Source of the DNA: Chiloscyllium plagiosum
Lineage: Eukaryota
Direction of reading: 5' to 3'
Assembly (NCBI RefSeq): GCF_004010195.1
Contig: NC_057720.1
Coordinates: 16,434,478-16,498,477, forward strand
Length of the DNA stretch: 64,000 nucleotides
Position 1 is the stretch's first letter, and each line of letters begins with the position of its first letter. The position numbers and the translations under genes were made by a program. Shown piece after piece: positions 13,554 through 25,513 of this stretch. The notes under the pieces are model-generated. The model did no database searches, had not been told where the DNA came from, and saw nothing but the letters and a program-made list of their open reading frames with translations.

Positions 13554-14381
13554 CAGAGGAACCTCGATTATCAGAATATCGATTATCAGAATATCAATTA
13601 TCCGAATTTCGGATTATCCAAAGGAGATCTCAAAGTCCTAATAGAAACATTACAAGGAGGTGTTTCCAACACTGATCGCGTCTTTTGTTTACAATGATTA
13701 AAAATGAACTCTGCTTACTGAAATGCTACCAAGAACAGGGCTGGACATCGATGGTAGCCCAGGCACCTTCTCCAAATGACTGACCTCTCACCCTCCCTCT
13801 CTCTCTCTCTCCCCACAATTTCCCTGGAGTTCTACACAGAGGTGTATCCTAAACCCCACTCCACCCCCCCTCCAGATAATCTCGCCAACATTGTCCTGTA
13901 CAGGGCAACGGTGGAACTTGTCAAAAAGTTGCAGTAAACAATTGTGCGCGCATGCTATTTGGAGACTCATCCCCCAAAGACAGCAGCAGTCTTACTGTTA
14001 GTGTTTAGTCCAGCTGCTGGCGGCGGGACGGGGTGGGGAGGTGCAGACTGGGGGCGTGGCTGGATGGGTGGGAGGGTACTCATGTGATAATGTCTCCTAA
14101 CGGGCAGCGGACTTAGCAAGTGCTCGCTCTGTCAATCTCGTTGAACTGGTGGGGTTGGGGAGGCTTCGGCAATGCTGCAGATCCCTTACACACAAGTGTG
14201 TGTCTGCTCAGAAACAAAGCCTGAGACAGAGAGAGGGAGCAAGGCAGGCAGAGTGAGGAAAAAGGAAACTTCAGAAAACTCCAACCCCCAGAGGAGAGGT
14301 ATTGAATCAATTAACCGATTAAACAATTATCCAAATGAAATTGTGCCCACCCATCTCGTTCAGATAATCGAGGTTCCTCTA
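13554..14381. mobile_element. Tc1/mariner (Tigger-like) non-autonomous DNA transposon / MITE
   Basis: TIRs agaggaacctcgattatcagaa (13555-13576) and ttcagataatcgaggttcctct (14359-14380), 21/22 match; subterminal (cgattatcagaatat)n repeats; no transposase; TA target site degenerate. Confidence 0.85.
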
Positions 14382-14611
14382 TTTATTTTACTGCTGTTTC
14401 TTTCTATCTCTTGACATCAGATCTTCATAGGTTCAAAATGATTTAACTGTTTTGTGTTTTTATGTTTTATTCTGATCTACAAGCAATTACTATCTACTTG
14501 CTTTCTTAAGATTGCACATTTATCTGAAATACTTTGCACTTTTTAGTCAAAAATTCATAAAAATATAAAAATTCAATTCCTATGGATTTTACAGAAATAA
14601 ATTAAGCTTAC

Positions 14612-17600
14612 CCTTCTTTATTCTCCTAACAGGACCATCATTTTTTTTGATACGCCGCCTCTTGTCACTGGATGCTATTTGCTCTGGTGGAACCAGGTGC
14701 CGAGCATCGTAAGTTAAGCCAACTCTATAAAGATGTCCTCGCACATGATTTGACAAACCCACACCAGTGTCAAATACAGCTGGACAGTAGGGGCATGGTC
14801 GTTTCTCAGTATGAAAATCAGTCCAATTATAGGTGATATTAAGTGGAGCATCACGTTGATAAAGGACTGGATCCATAACATCTATACATCTAGCGTCACT
14901 ATTAAAATGAAAATCTTCATTAACAAAATGGTCGTGGGAAGGATCTTGATATTCTGTAGAATAAAGACTTTGGTTACCATAGTCATTGTTGCCATAATCA
15001 TGAATGCTAGTATCAAAATCATCGAAATCGTCATCATCGTCACTCTCATCATAAGTATCAAAATCATCGATTCCATTTTCGTCAATTATCTGAACTTCAG
15101 TACTGAAATAATGAGTTTGTTTGTCACCAATATCAAAATTATTTTCAGCAATAGTGACTGCCGTAGCACCATCCATGCAGTTACTAGTATCAATAATATC
15201 ACTTTCAGGTAAGTTTTCTTCACCATCACATTCTGATGCATTTACACATGGCTCAAGTTTATTTAAAACAACAACAGGTGCTTTGTGAAACACATCTGGA
15301 TACTGATCTAAAATATCATTTCCTACAGAGACACTAACCATGACATCCTTAACAGAATTTCTAACTGAAATAGCTCCACCGTCTACATGTTCTGTTTCTT
15401 CTGATATTCCATCATCATTGCTGTGAAAGTTGAAGCTACATTCCCCATCTGTGTGCTTTGTTTCCATAAATGTAGATGCAGGGCTCAAGTCTTTTACTAT
15501 ATCAATATCATTTTTAGATTTCTCATATATCTGATCACCAATAACATGATCCTTCAACGACAGACCTCCATTGCTCCTTTTGACATCAATTTCTTCCTGC
15601 TCTCTAACATGCTCCTGTTGTAGAAAGCTACTCTTTTTGTTACCAATACTTAATCCTGTCACAATCTTTGTTGAAGATTTACTATAATCCAGCACAGAAC
15701 CAGGCGAGTGATGCATCTCTTTTGTGGTTATATAGCGTGGCTTCTGTGTACCAGCAAAATCACAGACTTTGCTGTACAATGCAGAGGAATTCCCTAATGC
15801 TTCCGGTGCTTCAAAATCCCTTTTTATGTTTCGTCTCATGACAAATTCGCTTAGGTATTCAGACTGTTGTGATATAACCTTATTGCTCCTCACCAAATCA
15901 AATGGTTGTGAGCTGAAGCCAGGTACCTTTGCTCCGTGTTCACTTTTATGCTGAACGTGGTAAAGTCGCTGATGCAAGTATTTTACATGCTTTTTGAAAA
16001 TACTCCTAGCTGGTGTGGTAAAAGGACATTTGCTGCACACATATACACCTCCTGACTTACAGTGATTTAATAAATTTTCTAACGATACACCTTTCAAAGG
16101 TTTTTGGCTGGACTTGTTAATAACTGCATCATGAATATAAATTTGATGACCTTCAAGTTCATCCATTGATGCTGCCATGAAGTTGCACTTATCACAGCAA
16201 TAGTACCTTTTGTCCTTTTCATGTGTCTTAGCGTGCTGCACAAATGTTTTAGGACAGTTTGTTCCAAATATACACTGCGGACACTGCAATTTTGCATTCC
16301 GGCCTTCATCCTGAAATGTGCGGAGCTCACGGATCTCCTCCATCAACCTCTCTCTTTTTTCTTGATGAAGGCTCCTGTGCTTTTGGAGTGGTGCACGGTC
16401 ACGAAATGCAATTCCACATTCTTTACATATATATGGTCTTGGCAGATTTGTTTTACTGTGTCCTTCTAAATGATAAATCATGTGCCTTTGCAAATGTTTT
16501 TTCTCTCTAAAATTCACATTGCATTTTGTGCAGGGGTAAAATGATGGTTCTGCCTCAGTATCATCATCTGATGGTGATTCAGATCCAGTTTGTATATCAT
16601 CTATCTGTATAGCACTGCCTGGTGGAAAAACTGTTGAAACAAACGGTGAAGCTTCTTCGACATAAGTCGTTGTAGGCGCACTTGTTCGAGCTGTTTCTAA
16701 GTTTTTGACTGGAAGCTTATAATCACTAAAGATCAACTGTTTAATTGCTTCTACTGTTTCTTTGGGAAGATTTGATCCAGTCTCACCAACAAGGTTCTTT
16801 TTTGCAGGCAAGTATTTTGGTTTGACAATGGAAACTTTAGTATTTTCCATCCCCTCTAGAGTACCAGCAGAGTTTTTCGGTGCTAGGTGTGCATCTGTGT
16901 TTTCTAATTCAGAGAAATCTACCATCTGAACAATGTCCATTTTTCGTTTTCTTTTTCTTCCAAAGGGTAAATTTGGTTGGACTTGGGAACTTCTATCAAT
17001 TTGAACAATCCGATCATCATCCTTTTCTTTTGTTAGCAAAAACTGCATGAACTCTTTTTCAGGGTCCCAGTTTAAGCCATCATTTAAAGTTTCTGATTCA
17101 CCTCCACGAATTTCAGAAGAACTTAAACTTCTTTTTCCCTTTATCTGTCCTCTATTATCTTTTGTATTTTCATTTTCTGCACCATATAACAGCTGGCTTG
17201 TAGAAGCACCATTTGACTGGGCTATAGATTTGTGATCCACTATTGGCAATGAACTCAGCATTTTAGGTTGTGTATTAACTTGGCCCTGGAAAGGCACTAA
17301 ATTGGGAACCAGTAACAGAACTGGGGCTGGTGCTAAGGTCTGAACTTTAGTTGAAGTACCAGACAATTTCGGAACCTGAACGGATTGAACAAAGCGAGAC
17401 GATGAGCTAGAAGCTGCAACTGACTGGCACAGGGATTGAGAAATACTTAAAGAAACATCAGGCTGTTTTGCAACGGAAGATTTAGTTGTAGAGAGTTGTA
17501 GAACTGGGTCCCTCACAGCAGTTCCTATAGGCAAGGTAAGTTTTGCATTTGAAACAGTAGGAGCACCGCTTTGTATAAATGTAGTCTGCTGGGCTCCACT

Positions 17601-17832
17601 TAAGGCTTTTACAGGACTATCCCTGGACAGATGTTTAGATAAGCTTAAAGTATTGCTTTTTGGAACTGACATTTGATTCCCACTTAAGGTTTGAGGTATA
17701 CTGGAAGTAACAGTGGTTGATGAGATCTTTTTCTCATCTTCAAATTCTCCTTTAGCACCAAGGGAATTAATATGGGTCTTCCCATTATCAGCATTATTCA
17801 GCTTAGATTCAGAGCCTCCAATTATGCTCATC
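14612..17832 (-). CDS. ZNF644: ZNF644 giant coding exon (3221 bp, six C2H2 zinc fingers)
   Basis: 1094-aa ORF with ZNF644 signature motifs: NWDPEKEFMQFL, RKRKRKMD, EPSFYPCTKCNVNFREKKHLQRHMIYH, LQCPQCIFGTNCPKTFVQHAKTHEKDKRYYCC, RPCPYCPAVFDTGVGLSNHVRGH. Acceptor ttctgacttgcAG|G at 17833; donor AAG G|GTAAGC at 14611. Confidence 0.96.
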
Positions 17833-20800
17833 CTGCAAGTCAGAAAGAGAAACAAGTTACTACCAAAAGACAATATAAACCCAATCTTTTAACTATTAAT
17901 ATTCATAACAACGATTCTCTTGAAATTCAATGATCATTGGAAATTAGTATGGCAACTGCTGGTGTAGAACAATAAAGCTATCAGTTTATTAGCAATAAAA
18001 TAATAGCCTTACAGGCAGGTTGTAAAGTTACAGAATTGTAGAGACTCAAGGCAAGCTCTTTATAGAAGGATACAATAAAACATTAACAATGCAGAGTTCC
18101 AAGACAAGATGTACAGCCTAAAGGCTTTGGCTTTACTTGGTACACAAATCCACACCATAAATTTAAATGTCAACTAAAATACTATAAGAGCTGATTAAAT
18201 TTTATTAAATTCCAATTTAGTATTTCTATATGCATCTAAAAGGAGTTACCATAATTGAATTGTTCAAAAATGATAAGCAATGACATGAAGAAATTTCTAT
18301 CTAGATTTCTATTTTCATGAATCCTATATGTACAGAAATGAAATAAAAGTGAGGCAAGTTATGAAACAAATTTAACCTTTAGAGCTCCATGGTTTTCAAA
18401 TTACTATTCAAAATCTCCAGAACACACACAATTATATTATTCAAACACAGCTCAATGGAATACTTAAAACAGTTAATTTTATTATATTTACAATATCTTT
18501 CCATTAGATTAACTGCATGACTGAAATGATTGTAAAAACCTTAAACAATTTTGAATTTAAGGTGCTACTGCTTCATCAACCAGGAGATTAGTGGTTTCAA
18601 CATCTATTACATCTACATCTTGTCTGTTGCTGAAGAAAAACGATTCCTGCTGTCTTTCTCAAATACTGGGAACTTTAATTATGTGTGAAGAATCAAGATT
18701 CCACACATTTTAGTTACAACCTTCCTGTTTCCCCTTCAAAACTCTCAGCTGCTGCTAAAATTGACCAATTTCCATGGGAACAAAATACACTTCCAATGAG
18801 ATCATATTCAATGTTATCACTCTAAAATGGTGCTAAAACAGTTCCCAGCATGAGTCTGTGTGTTAAATACGCAGCAGAAGCTAAGGGGTGGGCACGTACA
18901 AACAGGTGCTAAGAATCACGACTGAAAATGTCAATGAATAGGAAAACAAGCCTGGAAATGCTATAATGTTTGTCTCATTTACCTTAACTGATTTTAATCA
19001 ATATGAGCAACCTGTACAGAACAAGTGCTGTAAAATTAATTGCTGTGACAGTGAGCACTGGGAGTTTTATAACACATCCTTCCTTCCAAAAGCTCTCATT
19101 TAATTTGTAATCAAACAGAAAAAAATAACAAGCATTTAAAACCAGCTGCAACACTCAGAAATGGTGAAAGCTTTAATTTCAAATGACTCTGGTGTCCAAG
19201 ATCCATAGCCAAATGTATGCTCAGTTAATTTAATATGCTGTACCTGTACTAGCTTTTCACAACAGGAAGCGACGTTGCTAACGAAGTGGTAAATTCAGTG
19301 TTAATGAGTGGTGGCTTCACTGTTACCACCTCAGAGGTAAAACCTTCCGTGCTCCATATTCTACCCATCTGTTCTGGTGTTAGGGGTTCAAAGAAAGAAC
19401 AGACGCTTCCCATTTAAAGCAAACTTCAATGGTACCCACTGAACAGCAGGATAGCAAACCCTCATAATATCACGAATGGACTCAAATTGCAGTTCTCATT
19501 ATTAGAATTATTAGATTAAGATCCCTCTCTACAAGTTCATTAGAGACAGCACATCCAAATCCTTTATCTTCACATTCTTATGGGCTCATAAATCAATGCT
19601 TAAAAATAAAACATCAGATTAAATTTTGGAGGTCCAGCAAAATTCACAAAATTAACAAAAAAAATGTTCATCTATTCTTGTAGTGCAAGTCATTAAATGA
19701 ACAAATTACGACACAGGACACTGTACAAAAAATAATTCCAAAGATAAGCATTGTACTTCAGCATGGAGTTTCTAATAGAATTTTTTTTTAATCCTCAAGA
19801 TGTAAAAGCTGTTGTTTTGTCACAATCCCATGAACATTGTAAATATTATATTGTGCAATTTTATCCTGTTTTTTTTTTAAATGCCAGTATTCCAAATTCC
19901 CTTTAATACTGCATAGTATTAAAGCTTCCTTGAAAGTTAGAAATGTAATAATACAAAAATTGTGCTTGCAAGCAAAACATGTACATAAAGAATCAGGCAT
20001 TTTCTTTCATTATGACAAGAGATCAAAATGAAGTTATCCTTATTGACTTTCCTTTAGAAATCTCAAATGTCAGTATTTTTGCAAACTATCAGCACTTGCT
20101 ATAACACCCATATTGCACTACATCTTGAGGTTACTGCAGAAAAAATGAGGTGATAATTGCATATTAACATAATTATTCTGTAATCCCTTTGAGCAAGCTT
20201 CCTGGGTCATTTAGTAATACAGATTAAGTACAACCTTTCTGTCATCAGTACTATGCTGCCCACTTTTTGTTCTCTAACCATCATTTATGACGGAATACTC
20301 TTGTATTTTAAATCAATATTGTTTATTGAGAGACCATTTTCTAGACTAACAAAAGATCTAAAATTTTTGCATTAGAACAATGAAATTCATGTACAAAATA
20401 TAATCAAGACTAAAGACAATAAATGTAAATACATGAACTTTCAACAAGTCAATATAGCAGATAATTGGCAAATCATCAGAATTCAAATTTTAAATATATG
20501 TTTAAAAATATTCAGATTAAGCTGCACACTGCAATGTTCATTGAGTTGCGTTCATGACAAAACAACTTTTAGTTTGAGAATGAAAAAAGTTATTAGGAAG
20601 CTACATGATAATAAGGCACAAATGCTCATCTTATCCGGTGATCATTAAATCTACACTTGTTCTGAAAAATGCTCCAACCTCCTATTCTAATTCCCTGAAA
20701 AACACCAAGACATTGTGGAAACAAAGTACAATTAACTATCAGAAAAGTCTTTGTAACAATTTGATTTGGATTCTCATGTATGCATGGCTCAGACTGAAAC

Positions 20801-21490
20801 TGAGGATTAATTCAGACATTGTGGTCCCTGAAGCTAGTATTTCTTTCTTCCTGCTTCTCTTTCCACCAGTCTTCACCAAAATAACAGCATGATATTTGTA
20901 AAGCATAAATTATCAAACTGACATGACTATGAACAGTACATTGCAGCTGGTGTCTCAAAGAGCCAATGAGGTGAAGAATGGGTCCCATCTATGCACAGCA
21001 AAAACAAACTGCCTCAAGCTGAACTAGATAATCAGGCAAATATGCTAAGTTGGAAGACTCTTCAATTAATTACAAGATGAGAAAAGATTAAACTGAATTC
21101 TTCTACTGCTGAAAAGGATAATTAAAGAAAACCATAATATAAGCAGCAATGAGGGAGGCAAACGAGGACAACAGGAAAACTAAAAGGAGTGAAGAAAGAC
21201 TGGTAGTAAACATTAAGTGAAATAACAAGGGATTCTAAAAGAAATTTCCTGTGAAGTTTCTTCCTAAAACAGAAGTCAAAGCAGGCACAGACCTCTGCTC
21301 AGAACAAGATATCCTTGAAAGTGAAATAACGGCAAGTATCTCAGTTCAGATTTTTGTTTCAGAAAAAGGTGAAGGAAAAAGGGCAGGATCATCCATGGAG
21401 AGCACAGAAGAGCCACAGAACAAGCTTTCAATCGGAAAAAGGAATAGACAAACTTCTTTCAACTAAAATTCAGAAAGGCACATATTAGAG

Positions 21491-21805
21491 GCGGCATGGT
21501 GACACAGTGGTTAGCGCTGCTGCCTCACAGCACCAGAGACCCGGGTTCAATTCCCACCTCAGGCAAACTGTGTGGAGTTTGCACATTCTCTCAGTGTCTG
21601 TGTGGGTTTCCTCCGGGGGCTCCAGTTTCCTCCCACAGTCCAAAAAATGTGTAGGTTAGGTGAATTGGCCATTCTAAATTGCCCGTAGTGTTAGGTGAAG
21701 GGGTAATATAGGGGAATGGGTCTGGGTGGGTTGTGCGTCAGTATGGACTTGTTGGGCCGAAGGGCCTATTTCCACACTGTAATTCATCTAATCTAATCTA
21801 ATCTA
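21491..21805 (+). mobile_element. Full-length HE1-type V-SINE
   Basis: A/B-box tRNA head, V-domain, (aatct)n tail; tagaggc repeated at 21486-21492 and 21804-21810 (candidate target-site duplication). Confidence 0.92.
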
Positions 21806-22164
21806 GAGGCAATATGCACCTGGAATACTGAAGGTTGAGAGCATCAACACTGGTAAGATAACACAACTCAAATGGACCATGAGAATCACAATGTCCAGTT
21901 AAACTACACCCACTGCTTCTGATGTCAATTCTGTACTGCCTGCTCCTTGCCACAATTATAGTATGCAAGCACATCTAATTTCATAATTGTTTGGGTACAT
22001 TTCTCAGTAGGGAGTCTAACGTTGAAAAAGAAAAGCTAGCTTGTACCACTTAAACCTAGACTGCATTTCTTAAAGGTGTGGTACTTATGGTTGGAGCAGG
22101 AGATAGGAGTCAATCTTTAACTGACTCTGATCTGGAACTGACACATCATGAAAATATGCCATGT

Positions 22165-22470
22165 AGGTAGTTGCAATAGCCTAGTGGCATTATTGCTGGA
22201 CCACTAATCCAGAGACCCACGTAAAGTTCTGGGGATAGGGGTTCAAATCTCGCCACAGCAAATGGTGAAATTCAAATTCAATAAATATTTGGAATTAAAA
22301 GTCTAATAATGACTATGAAAACACAGTCAATTGTTCGAAAAATCCATCTAGTTCAGTAACATCCTTTAGGGAAGGAAACTGCCATTCTTACCTGATCTGG
22401 TCGACATATGACTCCAGACTGACATGTGTTTGACCCACTGGGTAATTAGGGATAGGCAATAAATGCCAGA
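22165..22470 (+). mobile_element. Second tRNA-derived SINE family
   Basis: Head gcctagtggcatt...gggttcaaatctcgcc, body cctttagggaaggaaactgcc, tail aattagggataggcaataaatgc shared with the CR1/L2-group LINE 3' end. Confidence 0.8.
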
Positions 22471-22929
22471 AACAATGAAGAGACAGTGTTAGGTAGATCT
22501 TTGAACTACAATATGCCAGTACTGGCGTCAAATAAGAATTATGTGCTAACTAACATCATGATTTGCACACTCTGAACACTTGAGATGGACATTAAGTACA
22601 AATTTACTAATAGCACACAAATATGGCATCTGACATGATTTACAATCGAATAAACATTTGCCATTTAGGACCTCGGATGTTGCTCATTATATCCAAATAA
22701 TGCCACAATGGATTACAATTTTGCAGTTCAAAGTTTTTGTCTGGCCCTGACCAGCAGTGTTCCACAGAGATCGGTGTTGGGTCTACTATTGTTTGTCATT
22801 TATATAAACAACTTGGATGAGGATATAGGAAGATGGTTAGTAAGTTTTCGGATGACACAGAGATTGGGGAAATGAAGAAGGTTATTTAACAGCACAACAG
22901 AATCTTGATCAACTAGGCAGATGGGAGTT

Positions 22930-23022
22930 TGGATTAGTGGTGATGGAAGAGCACAGCAGTTCAGGCAGCATCCAAGGAGCTTCGAAATCGACATTTCGGG
23001 CAAAAGCCCTTCATCAGGAATG
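22930..23022 (-). mobile_element. Penelope-like pLTR fragment nested in CR1
   Basis: Reverse complement cattcctgatgaagggcttttgcccgaaatgtcgatttcg...gatgctgcctgaactgctgtgc. Confidence 0.8.
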
Positions 23023-23368
23023 ATCTAGATAAATGAGAGGTGTTGCATTTTGATAAGATGAACAAAGGCAGGATTTAACAGTTAATGGTAGGGCCTTGGA
23101 AAGTGATGTCGAACAGAGAGACTGAGGGGTTCAGGTGCATTGTCCTTGAAAGTGGCGTCACAGGTAGACAGGGTAGTGAAGGTGGCCTTTTGCATGATTT
23201 TGGTCAAAGCACTGAATATAGGGGTTGTGATATCATGTTGCAGCTCTCCAGGATGCTGAAGAGCATAATTCTGCTCACCCTGCTCTAGGAAAGATATTAT
23301 TAAACTGGAAGGAGTGCAGAAAAGATTTACAAAGATGTTACCAGGACTGCAGGGTATGAGTTAGAAGG

Positions 23369-23463
23369 CGAAAGTGAAGACTGCAGATGCGGGAGATTAG
23401 AGTGGTGCTGGAAAAGCATAGCAGGTCAGGCAACTCGACGTTTCAGGCAGGAGCCCTTCATCA
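23369..23463 (-). mobile_element. Penelope-like pLTR fragment with 16-bp target duplication
   Basis: Flanked by ggtatgagttagaagg (23353-23368) and ggtatgagttataagg (23464-23479). Confidence 0.85.
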
Positions 23464-23465
23464 GG
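23434..23465 (-). ncRNA. Minimal hammerhead ribozyme motif
   Basis: Minus strand c-CUGAUGA-a-GGGC-uccu-GCCU-GAAAC-GUC-gagu. Confidence 0.6.
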
Positions 23466-24267
23466 TATGAGTTATAAGGTTAGGACTCTTAACCTGGGAA
23501 TGTAGGAGGCAGAGGGATGACCTTATCGAGGTTTATAAAATCATGAGGGGCATAGATAAAGTGAATAGCAAAGGTCCTATGCGTGGAAAATTCTTTATGC
23601 AAAGGGTGGTGGGTGGCTGGAACCCATTGCTTGCAGAGGTGGTAGAGGCTGGCATGATAGCATCATTTAAGATGTATCTAGACAGATACATGAATGGGCA
23701 GGGAGCAGAACGATACAGATCCTTAGAAAATAGGCGGCAGGTTTAGTTAGGAGATCTGGATTTTACAAGCTTGGAAGGCCAAGGGGTCTGTTTCTGTGCT
23801 GTAATTTCTTTTGTTCTTTGTCTTTTCCATAGGTCAGGGTGGTTCAAAACTAGAGGGAATAGCTTTAAGGCGAGAGGAGAAAGATTTAAAAGGGATTTGA
23901 AGGGCAACGTTTTCACAAGGGTGGTTCATATGTGGAATGAACTGCCAAAGGAAGTGGTAGATACAGGTAGTTATAACATTTAAAAAACATTTGGACAGGC
24001 ACATGGATAGGAAAGGTTTGGATGGATGTGGGCCAAAAACAGACAAATGGGACTAGTTTAGTATGGGAAACCTGTTGGCATGGACAAGTCGGACCAAAGG
24101 GTCTGCTTCTGTGCTGTATCACTCGGAGGTCACAAACGAGGAACTTACAAGACTGTTCATTTTACTCAAACCTCTAACTAAACCTCCAAGGTAAGATCTT
24201 CTGTATTTACAGAACTGTGTAATATCCATGGTCAATGCACAGCATCTTAATGCAGTAGTTTAGCTCT

Positions 24268-25355
24268 AAAAGGTCTCAAGGGATCACATGAAATTCAGGA
24301 AGAGCTAGCCATTTGGATACAAAATTGGCTGGAAGGTAGGTGACAGAGGGTGGCAGTGGAATGTTGCTTTTCAGACTGGAGGACTGTGACCAGCGGAGTG
24401 CCATAAAGATTGATGTTGGGTCCTCTGCTTTTTGTCATTTATATAAATTATTTGGATAAGAATGTAAGAGGTATGGTTAATACGTTTGCAGGTGACACCA
24501 AAATTGGTGGTGCTATGGACTGTGAACAAAGTTATCTCAGAATACAGAGAAATCTTAATTAGATGGGCTGATGGAGCGAGGAGTGGCAGATGGGAGTTTA
24601 ATTTAAATAAAGGGGTGGGGTACTACATTTTGGAAAGGCAAATCAGGGCAGGACTTATACACTTAATGGTCAGGTTCTGGGGAGCGTTGCTGATCAAACA
24701 GATCTTGGGGTACATGTTCGTAGTTTCTTCAAAAGTAATGAAGGCAGCATTTGGTATGCTTGTCTTTATTGGTCAGTGATTTGAGTATAGAGGTTGTGAT
24801 ATTATGTTGTGGCTCTAGAGGACATTGGTTAGGTCACTTTTGAAATATTGCATTCAATTCTGCTCTCCTCGCTATTGAAAAGTTGTTGTTGAACTTGAAA
24901 GGATTCAGAAAAGATTTACAAGGATGTTACCTGGACTTTTGGTGGTTGGGGGGGGGTTGAGTTATAGGGAGAGGCTGAATAGCTGGGGTGTTTTTCCCTG
25001 GAGTGTCAGAGGCTGAGGGGTGCTTTTATAAACCTTATAAAATCACAAAGGGCATGAAGTCTTTTTCCCAGGTAGGCAAATCCAAAACTAGAGGGCATAG
25101 GTTTAAGGTGAGAGGGGCAAGTTTAAAAAGGGCCTGAGGGGCAAATGTTTCATGCAGAGGGTAGTGCATGTATGAAATGAGAAGCCAAAGGAATTGGAGG
25201 CAGCTGGTACAATTACAACATTTAAAAAACATCTGGATGGGTATACAAATAGGAAGAGTTGAAAGGGATATGGGCCAAATGCTGGCAAATGGGACTAGGT
25301 TAATTTTGGATACCTGGTCAACATGGACGAGTTGGACCAAAGTTTCTATGACTCC
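24268..25355 (+). mobile_element. CR1 LINE RT/3' region
   Basis: WIQNWL..QRV, FAGDTKIGG, TRGHRFKVRG motifs; tail ctatgactc. Confidence 0.85.
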
Positions 25356-25513
25356 AAGTGTCTCCAGAAAGGGTCAAATTAATCATTTTTCAAGTGCTCT
25401 TTTAGATTCCCTCAAGGGCTACTTTTCAATTTATGGGGACTATTCTTTAGTTTTCGGTTATCTTAAAACTTCAAGGTGACACTATGAATAAGGATAATTT
25501 AGTACCTTGTGGG

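Larger units (their letters stand above)
22725..24122 (+). mobile_element. CR1 LINE RT/3' region carrying three nested insertions
   Basis: VPQRSVLGLLLFVIYINNLD...SKFSDDT, RVVHMWNELP, tail tgtgctgtatcactc; interrupted at about 22930, 23369 and 23578. Confidence 0.85.

Noticed and set aside
13562..13622. Short regularly spaced repeats resembling a CRISPR or iteron array
   Set aside because: No unique spacers; these are subterminal repeats of a TIR-bounded MITE in a vertebrate intron.
14811..15212. Ile-rich 133-aa plus-strand ORF
   Set aside because: Antisense shadow of the Asp-rich (GAT) ZNF644 coding region; no independent evidence.
17833..17873. N-terminal MSFGSNLFLFLTCR of the 1094-aa ORF
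   Set aside because: Starts at TTG and corresponds to the intronic polypyrimidine tract and acceptor. The same applies to the ORF extensions at 9291-9366, 8653-8678, 14589-14611 and 4014-4144.
18983..19011. Possible 29-bp poison microexon on the minus strand (tgttctgtacAG...AAG|GTAAAT, in-frame TAA)
   Set aside because: Splice-like words of this strength arise by chance in a 42-kb intron; no transcript or conservation evidence is available.
21491..21560. tRNA-like sequences with A and B boxes (also at 341, about 6000, 22170, 52530)
   Set aside because: They continue directly into SINE bodies and are SINE heads, not tRNA genes.
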